IMG/VR virus record: IMGVR_UViG_3300027608_000010
DNA length: 64,000 nucleotides
Strand: one strand, 5' to 3'
DNA from: a virus
Taxonomy: Duplodnaviria; Caudoviricetes
Shown here one piece after another: positions 11,001-19,445 of this stretch. Every line of letters begins with the position of its first letter. Positions within the stretch are counted from its first letter, which is position 1. The notes below the pieces were generated by a model. That model had not been told where the DNA came from. It saw nothing but the letters and a program-made list of their open reading frames with translations, and searched no databases. The position numbers were made by a program, and so were the translations under genes.

Positions 11001-12167
11001 AATTACATTACCATATACATTACCAATTAAATTTCCAGTAACATTCCCAACAACATCTCCGTATGTGTTTCCAATGAAGTTACCATATACATTGCCGGTT
11101 AAGTTACCTTGTATGTTGGCAGTTATATTAGCAACCGCTAATGTACTAGTATTTTTATTAAAAGTTAGATTAGCACTTGCACCTAAAGTATTGCTACCAT
11201 TATCATTAAAAAATAGTTGTTTATCGGCGCCGGCTATATTAGCATTTCCGGTAGTTACTGAGCTCCATGTAACATTACCATTACCATCAGTTGTTAGATA
11301 CTGTCCAGAACTTCCACCATAGACAGTGACATTAGCGACATTACCTAATATTGCAGGACCTATTAGTGTTATACCTGTCAATGTACCTAAACTAGTAATA
11401 TTATATTGATTTGCTGTAGTTAATAAACCAGATATATTTCCAGAAACAGTTAGATTACCTAATGTTCCCAAACTAGTAATGTTTGCTTGTGCGCTGGCAG
11501 TGACAGTTTGCGCTGTATCTGCGGTACCTACTAGGTTACCTATAACATTTTTTACACGAACGTTACCAAATGTATTGAATGTAACTACATCCCCGGTAAC
11601 ACTTACATTGCTACCAAATGCAAACTCGCTATTACTATTATCCCAACCTAAAAACGCATCAACCGGGCTTCCAGCCAAACCGCCACCGCCACTATAGTAA
11701 TGTAATAATTGACCGCGATCCTTAGAGTCATTAGTTGTTAGTGGGGTTCCATCAGTGCTGCCACCCTGTTCAATTATAGGGTCTTTGATGTTTAATGTTA
11801 ATACATTTGCGTATATAAAGTTACCATTGATAGTAACGTTTCCAGTGAATACACCATCAGTTGCGTTTAATATACCTACATTGGCATTGTTTGTGACTGT
11901 CACATTACCCAACGTCCCAACATCGGTAATGTTATATTGATTAGCTGTAGTTAGTGTTCCGGTTAGAAAATTAGCTGTAACATTTCCACTACTGAATACA
12001 TTGCCCTTTACGCCAATACCACCGGTAACTCTTAATGCACCTGTACTATTGCTTGTGGCAGGAAAACCGGTATTAACACCGTCGACGGTATTAACACCGT
12101 CGACCTTTAAAAAAGTATCGACTGTAGCATTACCATATATTCGTGTTTCGGAGCGTAATAGTGCCAT
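8055..12167 (-). CDS. Large fibre/virion structural protein with PKD-like domains (copy 2)
   Basis: 1370 aa. YDITWGDG and YSINWGDS PKD-like motifs; the C-terminal ~800 aa is paralogous to 19445-22378. Confidence 0.8.
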   Translation of the reverse strand: MALLRSETRIYGNATVDTFLKVDGVNTVDGVNTGFPATSNSTGALRVTGGIGVKGNVFSSGNVTANFLTGTLTTANQYNITDVGTLGNVTVTNNANVGILNATDGVFTGNVTINGNFIYANVLTLNIKDPIIEQGGSTDGTPLTTNDSKDRGQLLHYYSGGGGLAGSPVDAFLGWDNSNSEFAFGSNVSVTGDVVTFNTFGNVRVKNVIGNLVGTADTAQTVTASAQANITSLGTLGNLTVSGNISGLLTTANQYNITSLGTLTGITLIGPAILGNVANVTVYGGSSGQYLTTDGNGNVTWSSVTTGNANIAGADKQLFFNDNGSNTLGASANLTFNKNTSTLAVANITANIQGNLTGNVYGNFIGNTYGDVVGNVTGNLIGNVYGNVIGAVSGNISVTGGTGEIEFVGSTGNLISSPNLTFTVATNTLTANYFSGNGSLLTSLTGANVSGNVSYAITSNWANVANSVSGTNVSGNVNSAVQSHYANIANSVSFTNITSTPTTISGYGITDSYSNTDAGAYLTTYSGSLAASNVSFTGANVSLGSNANIKITGGTSGTVLSTDGSGNLSWITATAVGNAITLGTSTDTDLVTPGAITTWTTATKVTDAIDDLNETLENVRNSTYVKSVTFTASPTAGGAGTSVTLTITSVGSPNRYDITWGDGTQTLASTSSTPSHTYSTNTNSPFTVTVRAYNLSGTGTGSEASFTRTAYITIYTANPVVGFSLYRGSTGGLALTGSNLYASEGETIYLDNTTTNTTGAAVTYSINWGDSSTPDTISSDSVLGGVGGGRISHAYASGQNSSTGTKTITVTITSHSTATPAYIATGPNSTAAIKVYNPSIASPNGLSAKTITFQTSVGTSPYLAANYANNAGAAVTITAGSSISRVTSGTPVETIVMPTYASNADSGYLRAVVNNTEDGNIALTTGSQAGTNLSLVLSAESDYNLLDATGTAIAFSASIYSPSLYKGFTAKVSKTNSALTAGLNTFKLSHSSTGNTNIIEFVKDDVTSVPTIDVSTATLSNATNGTYRYISGVPYYNTGSPTITLAGANIYNWIGQTYQNTTTPFQIEPGTNDESTSGSVVASQTRTYTQIDGSPTLLSGGIPKANTGNTSGYQYTLGSITANITTSSVASVQTVKFLATNVNGSSAYATHSKKVQVFTATPSGFVEESIPCSIGGDNTVAKRIVLSGSGATRSYTGGGQTNFYSSAVWSGVQTVAGTDSAIVRWNQLKWFNTDLSGYLPAGPNLNTGRSGTQYFFGAFTRAARSGFTVTITGKISGLRFAIPGVTDSLTYTTNGWLDATVVYFGSGVAGANDSGCAATVTVPTGSVISGTSYAITFGEGSTSSTGNWSNQVLFSIALASGDYVSSWSFS

Positions 12168-12187
12168 AGTTTTTGCCTTACATATAC

Positions 12188-12421
12188 TTATGTAATTCCT
12201 GACACCTCGTCAAAAACTCCGGAAATTTTAAGTACACCCGTATTTAGCTGTTGCATAGCCTTGCCATTTTGGGTGCCTGAATATTCATCCAAAGTATAAG
12301 CAAAAACCCCCTCGGGGGTTATGCTTATGTTATTGTGACTTACTTCATCAAACCCTACGCTACTTTGTGAGTTAGCGTAGAGTGTGCCGGAATTGTTTAA
12401 TCTCGCCGCAATAGTAGCCAT
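12188..12421 (-). CDS. Small MATIAARL protein, putative fibre-associated adaptor
   Basis: 77 aa with GGAGG RBS; aligns with both ends of 16960-17853. Confidence 0.75.
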   Translation of the reverse strand: MATIAARLNNSGTLYANSQSSVGFDEVSHNNISITPEGVFAYTLDEYSGTQNGKAMQQLNTGVLKISGVFDEVSGIT

Positions 12422-12434
12422 TAATCACCTCCAA

Positions 12435-15400
12435 TTAATTGAAGATGAAATCTAGACTATTAGATGTAGAGTTAAATTGAATGTAAGCCTTGCTTGATGT
12501 ACCGCCGTTGTTATCAGCAAATCCAACTGAATGACCAGTGTAGATATTACCAATAGCAGCGATACCACCGGTTGTTTTAATTGTACCTGTTATAGAACTT
12601 GTTGCGTCAACTACTCCACTTGCTACAATTAAATTACCAGCAGTAATATTGTTACCATTAATGTTACCAGTAACATCAAGTATCCCAGTAAGATTAGCAC
12701 CTGTTCCAGTAATAACTAATATTTGTGCTGAGGCAACAACAAAGTTAATATTACCACCTGATGCCGGTATACTTACGTTACTTGTACCATTAGCAATTTT
12801 GTCTTGGTTAACTGTAGCAAAACTTAGAACGCCGCTGCCGTTAGTTTGTAAGAACTGACCAGAAGTACCACCGGTAATTGTTAAATTACCAACTGGGCCT
12901 ACATTTGATAGCCCATTGACATTTAGTCCGGTTAGTGTACCAACTGAAGTAACATTTGGTTGCGCCACTGTTGTTAATGTACCACCGACATATGTACCAG
13001 AAATATTGCCACCAGAGATGTTACCAGTAGCGTCAACTCTACCACTTGTAGTGATATTGCCACCGTCAACATTACCAACTGCTGTAATTGATGTACCTGC
13101 CCAGATTGAACCAGATACGTTTGCATTTGGCATGTATACTGATTGAACAGTTGATTCATAATATAAAGTAGCAACATCAGTTAGTTTACCAGCAACAGTA
13201 TATGGAATTGAACCGCTTACAGTCAGACCGGCAACTGTTACATTACCTGCTTTTAAGTTAGTTGTAACATTAGCATTTGTAGCAATAAGTTCAGAACCAC
13301 CTGAATCCCATGTTAGACCAGAGACACCTGATAGTTCTTTACCAGCTCCTGCAATTACAACTCGACCAACAGTCAAGTGACTATCAATGATGTTACCAGC
13401 AGTTAATGTAGTAACGACATTTGCATTTGTTACGGTTAATTCGTTTGTACCTGTACTAAATGTAAAGTCTGCATCATCAACTAATTTACCAGATGCACTA
13501 GCAAATGTAACACGACCTGAAGTTAATGTAGTAACATTAACATCGGCTGCTTGTACAGTACCAGTTAATGTAGCATTGCCAACTTCTAACGTAGAAGTAC
13601 CGGTTGTGAACTTAAATGTGCTGTCATCTGTCAATGACTCATTAGTATCTACGAATGGAACACGGGTTGAAGTTAGTGATGAAATAATAATTTCATCTGT
13701 AGTTGTTGTACCAATAACATTTGCGTTACCGGTATACATTGTATTGTTAGCAGTATAGAACTTAAAGTTTGCTGATGCATCTAAATCACTTGCACCATCT
13801 TTATGAAATTGAATTTCAAATGCAGCACCTGCCGCTGTTTGGAAGTCAATTGCTGCACCATTAGCATAGTAATAGTTGTCACTGAAGATACCATTTGCCG
13901 CACCAGGAGTGTTAGAGATACGAATATTACCGTTAGCAGTAATATCAGCAGTAACAGTTAAACTTGCTAGTGTACCAACACTAGTAATGTTAGGTTGAGC
14001 CGCTGTTGTCAATGTACCTGTTAAGTATGTAGCACTGACTAAGTTTGCTCCACTAATTTGTGAACTAGTACCACTCAAAGTGATATCGCCGTTAGCACCA
14101 AGTGTAATATTACCTGCGTCAAGATTACCTGCACTTAAATTTAAACTTGAACCAGTTGCTGCACCAATGTTTGGTGTAACAAATGCCGCACTATCTGCAA
14201 CTTTTAACTCATTAGTACCACTAACCGCTAAGGTAGAAGTATCAAATTTTACATTAATTTCATTACCAGTCTTGCTTAATGCTACATTGACAGAAACTGT
14301 ACCAGCAGAACTGAATTGAGTCCAAACAATAGCTGTTGTACCAACAGTGATAGGATTATTTGTAGAAACAACCCAACCAGTATCAGCGTACTCTGTACCT
14401 TCTTCAACGAATGTGAATGAACCACCTGTAATTTTATCTTGTACTGCGTCATCAGAACGTGCCCATGCACCTGAAGCAACAACGTAAATACCATTTTGCG
14501 AACCAGTAGTTTGTGCTTTAACAAGAACACGATCACCAACAGAAAGAAGAACTCCATCAATAGTTTGAGTATTGCTTAGAGTAATATTTACAGTGGTTGC
14601 TAAACGTACACTTGACTTAATATCAAGACCTTGTGAGTTAGCATCAACATAACCTTTTGTAGCCGCATCAGTTGATTGTGTTGGGGTATCTACACTAGTA
14701 ATACGTTTGCTAGAAGCACTGATTGTACCAGTACCATTTGGTGCTAGAATAACGTTACCGTTTGATGAACCACCTGAGACAGTGATATCACCAGTTGTTC
14801 TTGCAATGATATTATCTGTTACGATATTACCTGTTGCTGTAATATTATTAGATACTGCTATTGAGTCAGTAGTATATGTGATGTTAGCACTAGTTAATAA
14901 ATGACCATCTGCACCAGCTAGTACCATTCCACCTGATGTTAAGTTGTTTGCATATACGTTTGCGGCTGTTACTGTGCCACCGGTATTAATATTGCCGGCT
15001 GATAGCAACCCAACAGTTGAAATATTACCTGCTACTAAGTTTGCAGTAACATTAGCAGAACCAGTAACTGTTAGTAGAGTTGAGCCTGAAGTCCATAATA
15101 GCGCAGAAGTATCGTCTAATTGACCACCTGCCCCTGCTATTACTAAACGACCGGTTGTTGTTAAATTGTTTGCAAATACTTTATCGCCAACTAAGTTAGC
15201 AGAAGCATTTACATTACCGGTAACTGCTAGCGTTGCTGATGCGAATGATAGCCCAGAGTCATCAACTAATTTACCATTTGTTCCAGCTAATACAACACGA
15301 TTTGTTGTTGTTAGATTATTTGCAAATACATTTCCACCTTTTAAATCAAGATTTGCATATATGTAATTACCTTGAATAATATTATTAGCGTAAAGATTAC

Positions 15401-16892
15401 CGGCAGTAAAATTATTAGATGAAGAAGTTCCGTCTGCCGTTGAAGTAATTGACTGTGTACCTAGTCTAATACTAGAACCACTTAACCACAAATCTCTCCA
15501 TGCATATGTTGCATTACCTAAATCTTGTGTAACATTTACTGCAGGGATCAAATCACCAGTTACAAAACCACCTGATTGAATTTTAAGATTACCAACTACT
15601 GCTGTATTGTTTGCTATTACATTTTCGCCGGTAACATTACCGGTAGCATTAACAACTCCGCCGGTAACCAAGTTACCAACATTCGCAGTACTAGTGATAT
15701 TAGCATAACCACGACTGATAATTTTACTGACGTTGGCTTCATCAACAGAATAAATTTTACCCAATGAATCTAAATTACCAACGTTAGCTGTTAGCGTAAT
15801 GTTTGCCCAACCAGAAGCAACAATATTGGCTTGTGTAGAAAGATTACCTGAAGCAAGTAATGTAACAGTACCAATGTGATTGTTTGAAGTAATATTATTT
15901 GCTGTTACATTGCCCTTAGAGTTAATAGTAGTCATTGACTCTAAACTATTAACATTAGCAAGACCTAAAACAGTAGCATTAACTTGAACAGTCAAGTTAC
16001 CAATATTACCTGTTTCAATATTTCCATAACCAGTGGTATATAAATTACCTACGTTAGCTGTTTTACCAATTTCAACACTGTTAGTAACATACAACGTGTT
16101 ACTACGAACTTCACCTACAACTTGTAAACCACTATTAGCTTTAGTAAAAGTTAAACCAGAAGTAGCATTTTGTTGACCACCGTCATTGAACTGAACTTGT
16201 GTATCGGATCCTTTTGCTGTAATTTCACCAATAATATTACCATAAATATTGCCTGTTACTCTTAGATCAAGACCGACGTTTGCGTTACCTACAGTCACCA
16301 ATGAATTTAAATTAGCTAGACCAGTTGTATTAATTGTTCCGTTACCAAATGTTGAATTTGCAGTTGCATTACCAATAACAAGAGTAGTAAGTGTACCAAC
16401 TTGTGTAATGTTTGTTTGTACTGCGCTGGTAACGTTACCAGCATATACAGACATATTAGCATTGTTAACAGTACCAGTAACTTCAGTACCAGTTAAGTTA
16501 GTTAGATAATCACCATTACCTACAAAATATCCACCAACGATATTACCTTTTAGTGCGTTTGTTGCACCTGGGGTTACGTCATTGTCAGTGTATGTTGAAT
16601 TAGCCGATAGTATGATTTGACCGTCTTTATATCCAATGAATGCGTTTTTTGCACTACCGTCATGATAATGAAGTAAAATACCACGTTCATGACCATCATC
16701 TGCTATAAGAGCATTGCCTTCTGGGCCACCACCTAATTCAATTAATGAATCTTCAATTCTCGTTGTGGTTGTATCAACTGTAGTTGTTGTACCTTTAATA
16801 ATCAAATTACCGGTAATTTCCACATCCACTGCGGTCATTTTAGTGGTAATATCTAAATTACCCCAAACCTTACTGTCTTTTAACTGTGCCAT
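12435..16892 (-). CDS. Long tail/head fibre protein
   Basis: 1485 aa of Asn/Gly/Thr beta-repeats. Contains the widespread phage-fibre module DAATKGYVD...GLDIKSSVRLATT...QTIDGV...GDRVLVK...NGIYV...W.R; ends SLDFIFN. Confidence 0.8.
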   Translation of the reverse strand: MAQLKDSKVWGNLDITTKMTAVDVEITGNLIIKGTTTTVDTTTTRIEDSLIELGGGPEGNALIADDGHERGILLHYHDGSAKNAFIGYKDGQIILSANSTYTDNDVTPGATNALKGNIVGGYFVGNGDYLTNLTGTEVTGTVNNANMSVYAGNVTSAVQTNITQVGTLTTLVIGNATANSTFGNGTINTTGLANLNSLVTVGNANVGLDLRVTGNIYGNIIGEITAKGSDTQVQFNDGGQQNATSGLTFTKANSGLQVVGEVRSNTLYVTNSVEIGKTANVGNLYTTGYGNIETGNIGNLTVQVNATVLGLANVNSLESMTTINSKGNVTANNITSNNHIGTVTLLASGNLSTQANIVASGWANITLTANVGNLDSLGKIYSVDEANVSKIISRGYANITSTANVGNLVTGGVVNATGNVTGENVIANNTAVVGNLKIQSGGFVTGDLIPAVNVTQDLGNATYAWRDLWLSGSSIRLGTQSITSTADGTSSSNNFTAGNLYANNIIQGNYIYANLDLKGGNVFANNLTTTNRVVLAGTNGKLVDDSGLSFASATLAVTGNVNASANLVGDKVFANNLTTTGRLVIAGAGGQLDDTSALLWTSGSTLLTVTGSANVTANLVAGNISTVGLLSAGNINTGGTVTAANVYANNLTSGGMVLAGADGHLLTSANITYTTDSIAVSNNITATGNIVTDNIIARTTGDITVSGGSSNGNVILAPNGTGTISASSKRITSVDTPTQSTDAATKGYVDANSQGLDIKSSVRLATTVNITLSNTQTIDGVLLSVGDRVLVKAQTTGSQNGIYVVASGAWARSDDAVQDKITGGSFTFVEEGTEYADTGWVVSTNNPITVGTTAIVWTQFSSAGTVSVNVALSKTGNEINVKFDTSTLAVSGTNELKVADSAAFVTPNIGAATGSSLNLSAGNLDAGNITLGANGDITLSGTSSQISGANLVSATYLTGTLTTAAQPNITSVGTLASLTVTADITANGNIRISNTPGAANGIFSDNYYYANGAAIDFQTAAGAAFEIQFHKDGASDLDASANFKFYTANNTMYTGNANVIGTTTTDEIIISSLTSTRVPFVDTNESLTDDSTFKFTTGTSTLEVGNATLTGTVQAADVNVTTLTSGRVTFASASGKLVDDADFTFSTGTNELTVTNANVVTTLTAGNIIDSHLTVGRVVIAGAGKELSGVSGLTWDSGGSELIATNANVTTNLKAGNVTVAGLTVSGSIPYTVAGKLTDVATLYYESTVQSVYMPNANVSGSIWAGTSITAVGNVDGGNITTSGRVDATGNISGGNISGTYVGGTLTTVAQPNVTSVGTLTGLNVNGLSNVGPVGNLTITGGTSGQFLQTNGSGVLSFATVNQDKIANGTSNVSIPASGGNINFVVASAQILVITGTGANLTGILDVTGNINGNNITAGNLIVASGVVDATSSITGTIKTTGGIAAIGNIYTGHSVGFADNNGGTSSKAYIQFNSTSNSLDFIFN

Positions 16893-16936
16893 TTTCTTTT
16901 CCTTATATATTTGGTGACTTGTCTAACCTATAGTTG

Positions 16937-16944
16937 TATTTATC
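16937..16944 (-). promoter_or_regulatory. Putative late promoter GATAAATA
   Basis: Intergenic, upstream of 16892; an adjacent AGTAAATA lies at 16945-16952. Confidence 0.6.
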
Positions 16945-16959
16945 TATTTACTATAGTAA

Positions 16960-17853
16960 TTACTGTAGCTCGGCTGTATTATACTCATCAAATGCTGTTA
17001 CAACCAATAATTCCCCGGTACTTCTTTGCTTCATTTTACCATTAAGATTCTGAGTAGACGGGGTGCCGCCGTCAAATGTACCACTACTGGTTATTGTCTT
17101 TTCAGCTCCATTACCTGAATCTGCTAATTTATTTGCATTATCAACTACGCTTAACAACAATACTGTCTGATTACCAGTGATTGCCACTGTACCAACCGTA
17201 CTAGGTTGAGTTGCTGATAATGGATTAATCGCTGTAGGAAAGGTAGAGGTATAGACTGCTAAACCCTTAACTATTCTAAACTGCGTGATATATCCAGCAA
17301 AATTGTCATCTGCATTAGTTAGTACTTCGCCACCAATTGACAAAGGTCTTGATGCTATTGAATTGTAAGATGACGTTGTATCATATATTTTTTCTACTCC
17401 GTTAACAAACAATCTAGTCACTGCTGACGAATACCTTACTAGGGCAACGTGAAACCAAACATTTTGCGGGATAACACCTGAACCACTTTGTTGAGAACTT
17501 GATCCATTATATAAAGCTATAGTTGAACCAGAAATTAATACGCTATCACCCGTAGCCAAATCCCACAAATGCTGTGAAGCAGAAGATGTTGTTTTGAACC
17601 AACCTTCAATAGTGTAAGCCGCATGCCCAAACATAAAATCAACTGAGCCTTGAATATAAATCCTATCACTAGTTCCGTTTAATAACAATGAGCCACCACT
17701 AGGTGTACCAAGTGAAAGAGTGCGCTCATCAAATCTGTCAGAGTAAACAAGACCTGTTTCTTCAATTGAATTATAAGAGAGGGTAACCTCATCGAATTCT
17801 GTTCGGGCTAGTAAGGTTCCGTTTTCTAATAATCTTGCCGCTATCGTTGCCAT
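16960..17853 (-). CDS. MATIAARL protein with inserted concanavalin-A/LamG-like lectin domain
   Basis: 297 aa. LamG-like motifs YTIEGWFK, WFHVALVR, RLFVNG, FAGYITQFRIVKG sit between ends homologous to the 77-aa protein. Confidence 0.8.
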   Translation of the reverse strand: MATIAARLLENGTLLARTEFDEVTLSYNSIEETGLVYSDRFDERTLSLGTPSGGSLLLNGTSDRIYIQGSVDFMFGHAAYTIEGWFKTTSSASQHLWDLATGDSVLISGSTIALYNGSSSQQSGSGVIPQNVWFHVALVRYSSAVTRLFVNGVEKIYDTTSSYNSIASRPLSIGGEVLTNADDNFAGYITQFRIVKGLAVYTSTFPTAINPLSATQPSTVGTVAITGNQTVLLLSVVDNANKLADSGNGAEKTITSSGTFDGGTPSTQNLNGKMKQRSTGELLVVTAFDEYNTAELQ

Positions 17854-17866
17854 ATGTTATTTCCTT

Positions 17867-18316
17867 TTATCCGTTAAATTTAAAATCTATACTAGCTGAG
17901 GTGTCATTATAACTTAATGCAGCAGCCGCATTGCCAGCGGCATTAGCTAGATTAAGATTTCCACCTACAGTCAAGTCTTTTGCTACTCCCATCCCACCCA
18001 ATGTTGTAAAACTTCCCGAAGAAATAGTAGTGGAGTCTGTAGTAGTATTTATTGTTAAATTTGAATTAATGACGACAGAAGTAGCATTTGCAGTAATACT
18101 TTGCCCATTAATGTTTAATTCATTGGATAGAAATACATCTTTGTATCTTAGTGATGTATTTCCTAGATTATATATACCAGAAGTTCCTGGATTTAGATTA
18201 GATATTACATATCGTTGTACTGCAATGTTACTGACATTGGCATTTCCGCTTTCTGCATCAAGCGTAATATTACCTGTTGTTATACCGGTTTTTACATTGA
18301 AATATCGATTTGTCAT
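17867..18316 (-). CDS. Short fibre-like protein
   Basis: 149 aa. N-terminus YFNVKTGITTG; C-terminus SYNDTSASIDFKFNG resembles the end of 12435-16892. Confidence 0.75.
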   Translation of the reverse strand: MTNRYFNVKTGITTGNITLDAESGNANVSNIAVQRYVISNLNPGTSGIYNLGNTSLRYKDVFLSNELNINGQSITANATSVVINSNLTINTTTDSTTISSGSFTTLGGMGVAKDLTVGGNLNLANAAGNAAAALSYNDTSASIDFKFNG

Positions 18317-18335
18317 TGTCTAAAGTTCTCTGATA

Positions 18336-19445
18336 TTAGTCTTTGACATAGGTTCCCACGAAATTAACGAACGTGCTTGATCTTCCTGCATAATTCGCTG
18401 CCCATAAGCATACATTACCAGAATATACATTACTAGACAATGATATTATATCCTGATCAGTTGTGCTAATTGCACCATAAACAGTAACAAAACTAGTTGA
18501 TCCATCGTGTATTAGAAGAACTTCTACTGATTCGTAACCCGTATTATCCCCAGCCTTTATGACGTATTTAGCCGTTCTATATGTTGCGGGTAAAAAACTA
18601 TCGATTAAAGTTGACGTGCCTACCGCCACATTTGTAGCTGTACTTTCTATTTTGGGTGTGACTAATGCGTTAGCCGTTATTCTATCGGAAGATGAATTCT
18701 GAGTAAGTATTAAATTACCACTAATAGTAAGATTACCGGTAACTACTGAATTGACCGCATCTAATACTACATTTCCTGTACCATTTGGTTGTAATAAAAT
18801 GTTAGCATTCGTATTTAAACTAGAAACAACGTTATTTACAATACGCAAGTTACCAATATTTGCAGTTTCAAGTACAGCAGCCTCTGTTGAGACCATACCA
18901 ATTGCGCCAACATATCGACCACCTGATACAAAAATTCTATTTGTTGTATTTGGAGATGCGATTGCTGAGGGGATATTGGTACCAATAAAATTTAATACGC
19001 CTGCTTGATAGTCAAAGTACCATTCATCACTATTACCTGATCCAGCAGCAAAAATCTTAGTGCCAGTTGATTGAGGTGTGGTTGATCCTGCAGTATCAAT
19101 ATATACTTGAACTTGATATGTTGATCCGAATTCAACCGGGACCCAATCAGTTAATCCAGTTTTCCATGTTCTATTATCTGACGCAGTTGTATCTTCTGTA
19201 GTTTGAACTGTTGCAGACCAACTGCCTACACCATCTTTATATACACCCACAACAGTTGTTGTGGCAGCTGGTAGTAACGCAGGAATAGAACCTGCCAATT
19301 GCCAAATCTTATCACCACGAATAAGTAACGGACTGGCAATTGCTTCTTCGTATGCCTTCTTATTGGTGTCAGTGTCAGTTTTGGCTACGCCATATCCTAC
19401 TTTTTTCCATAAGTAGTCAACTTTTTGTGTATCAGATATAGCCAT
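18336..19445 (-). CDS. Fibre/virion structural protein (MAISDTQKVDYLWKK family, copy 1)
   Basis: Start re-called to 19445 (TAATG overlap with the upstream stop, same as at 8055), giving 369 aa. C-terminal IDSF...YRTAKYVIK...EVLLIHDG domain. Confidence 0.8.
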   Translation of the reverse strand: MAISDTQKVDYLWKKVGYGVAKTDTDTNKKAYEEAIASPLLIRGDKIWQLAGSIPALLPAATTTVVGVYKDGVGSWSATVQTTEDTTASDNRTWKTGLTDWVPVEFGSTYQVQVYIDTAGSTTPQSTGTKIFAAGSGNSDEWYFDYQAGVLNFIGTNIPSAIASPNTTNRIFVSGGRYVGAIGMVSTEAAVLETANIGNLRIVNNVVSSLNTNANILLQPNGTGNVVLDAVNSVVTGNLTISGNLILTQNSSSDRITANALVTPKIESTATNVAVGTSTLIDSFLPATYRTAKYVIKAGDNTGYESVEVLLIHDGSTSFVTVYGAISTTDQDIISLSSNVYSGNVCLWAANYAGRSSTFVNFVGTYVKD

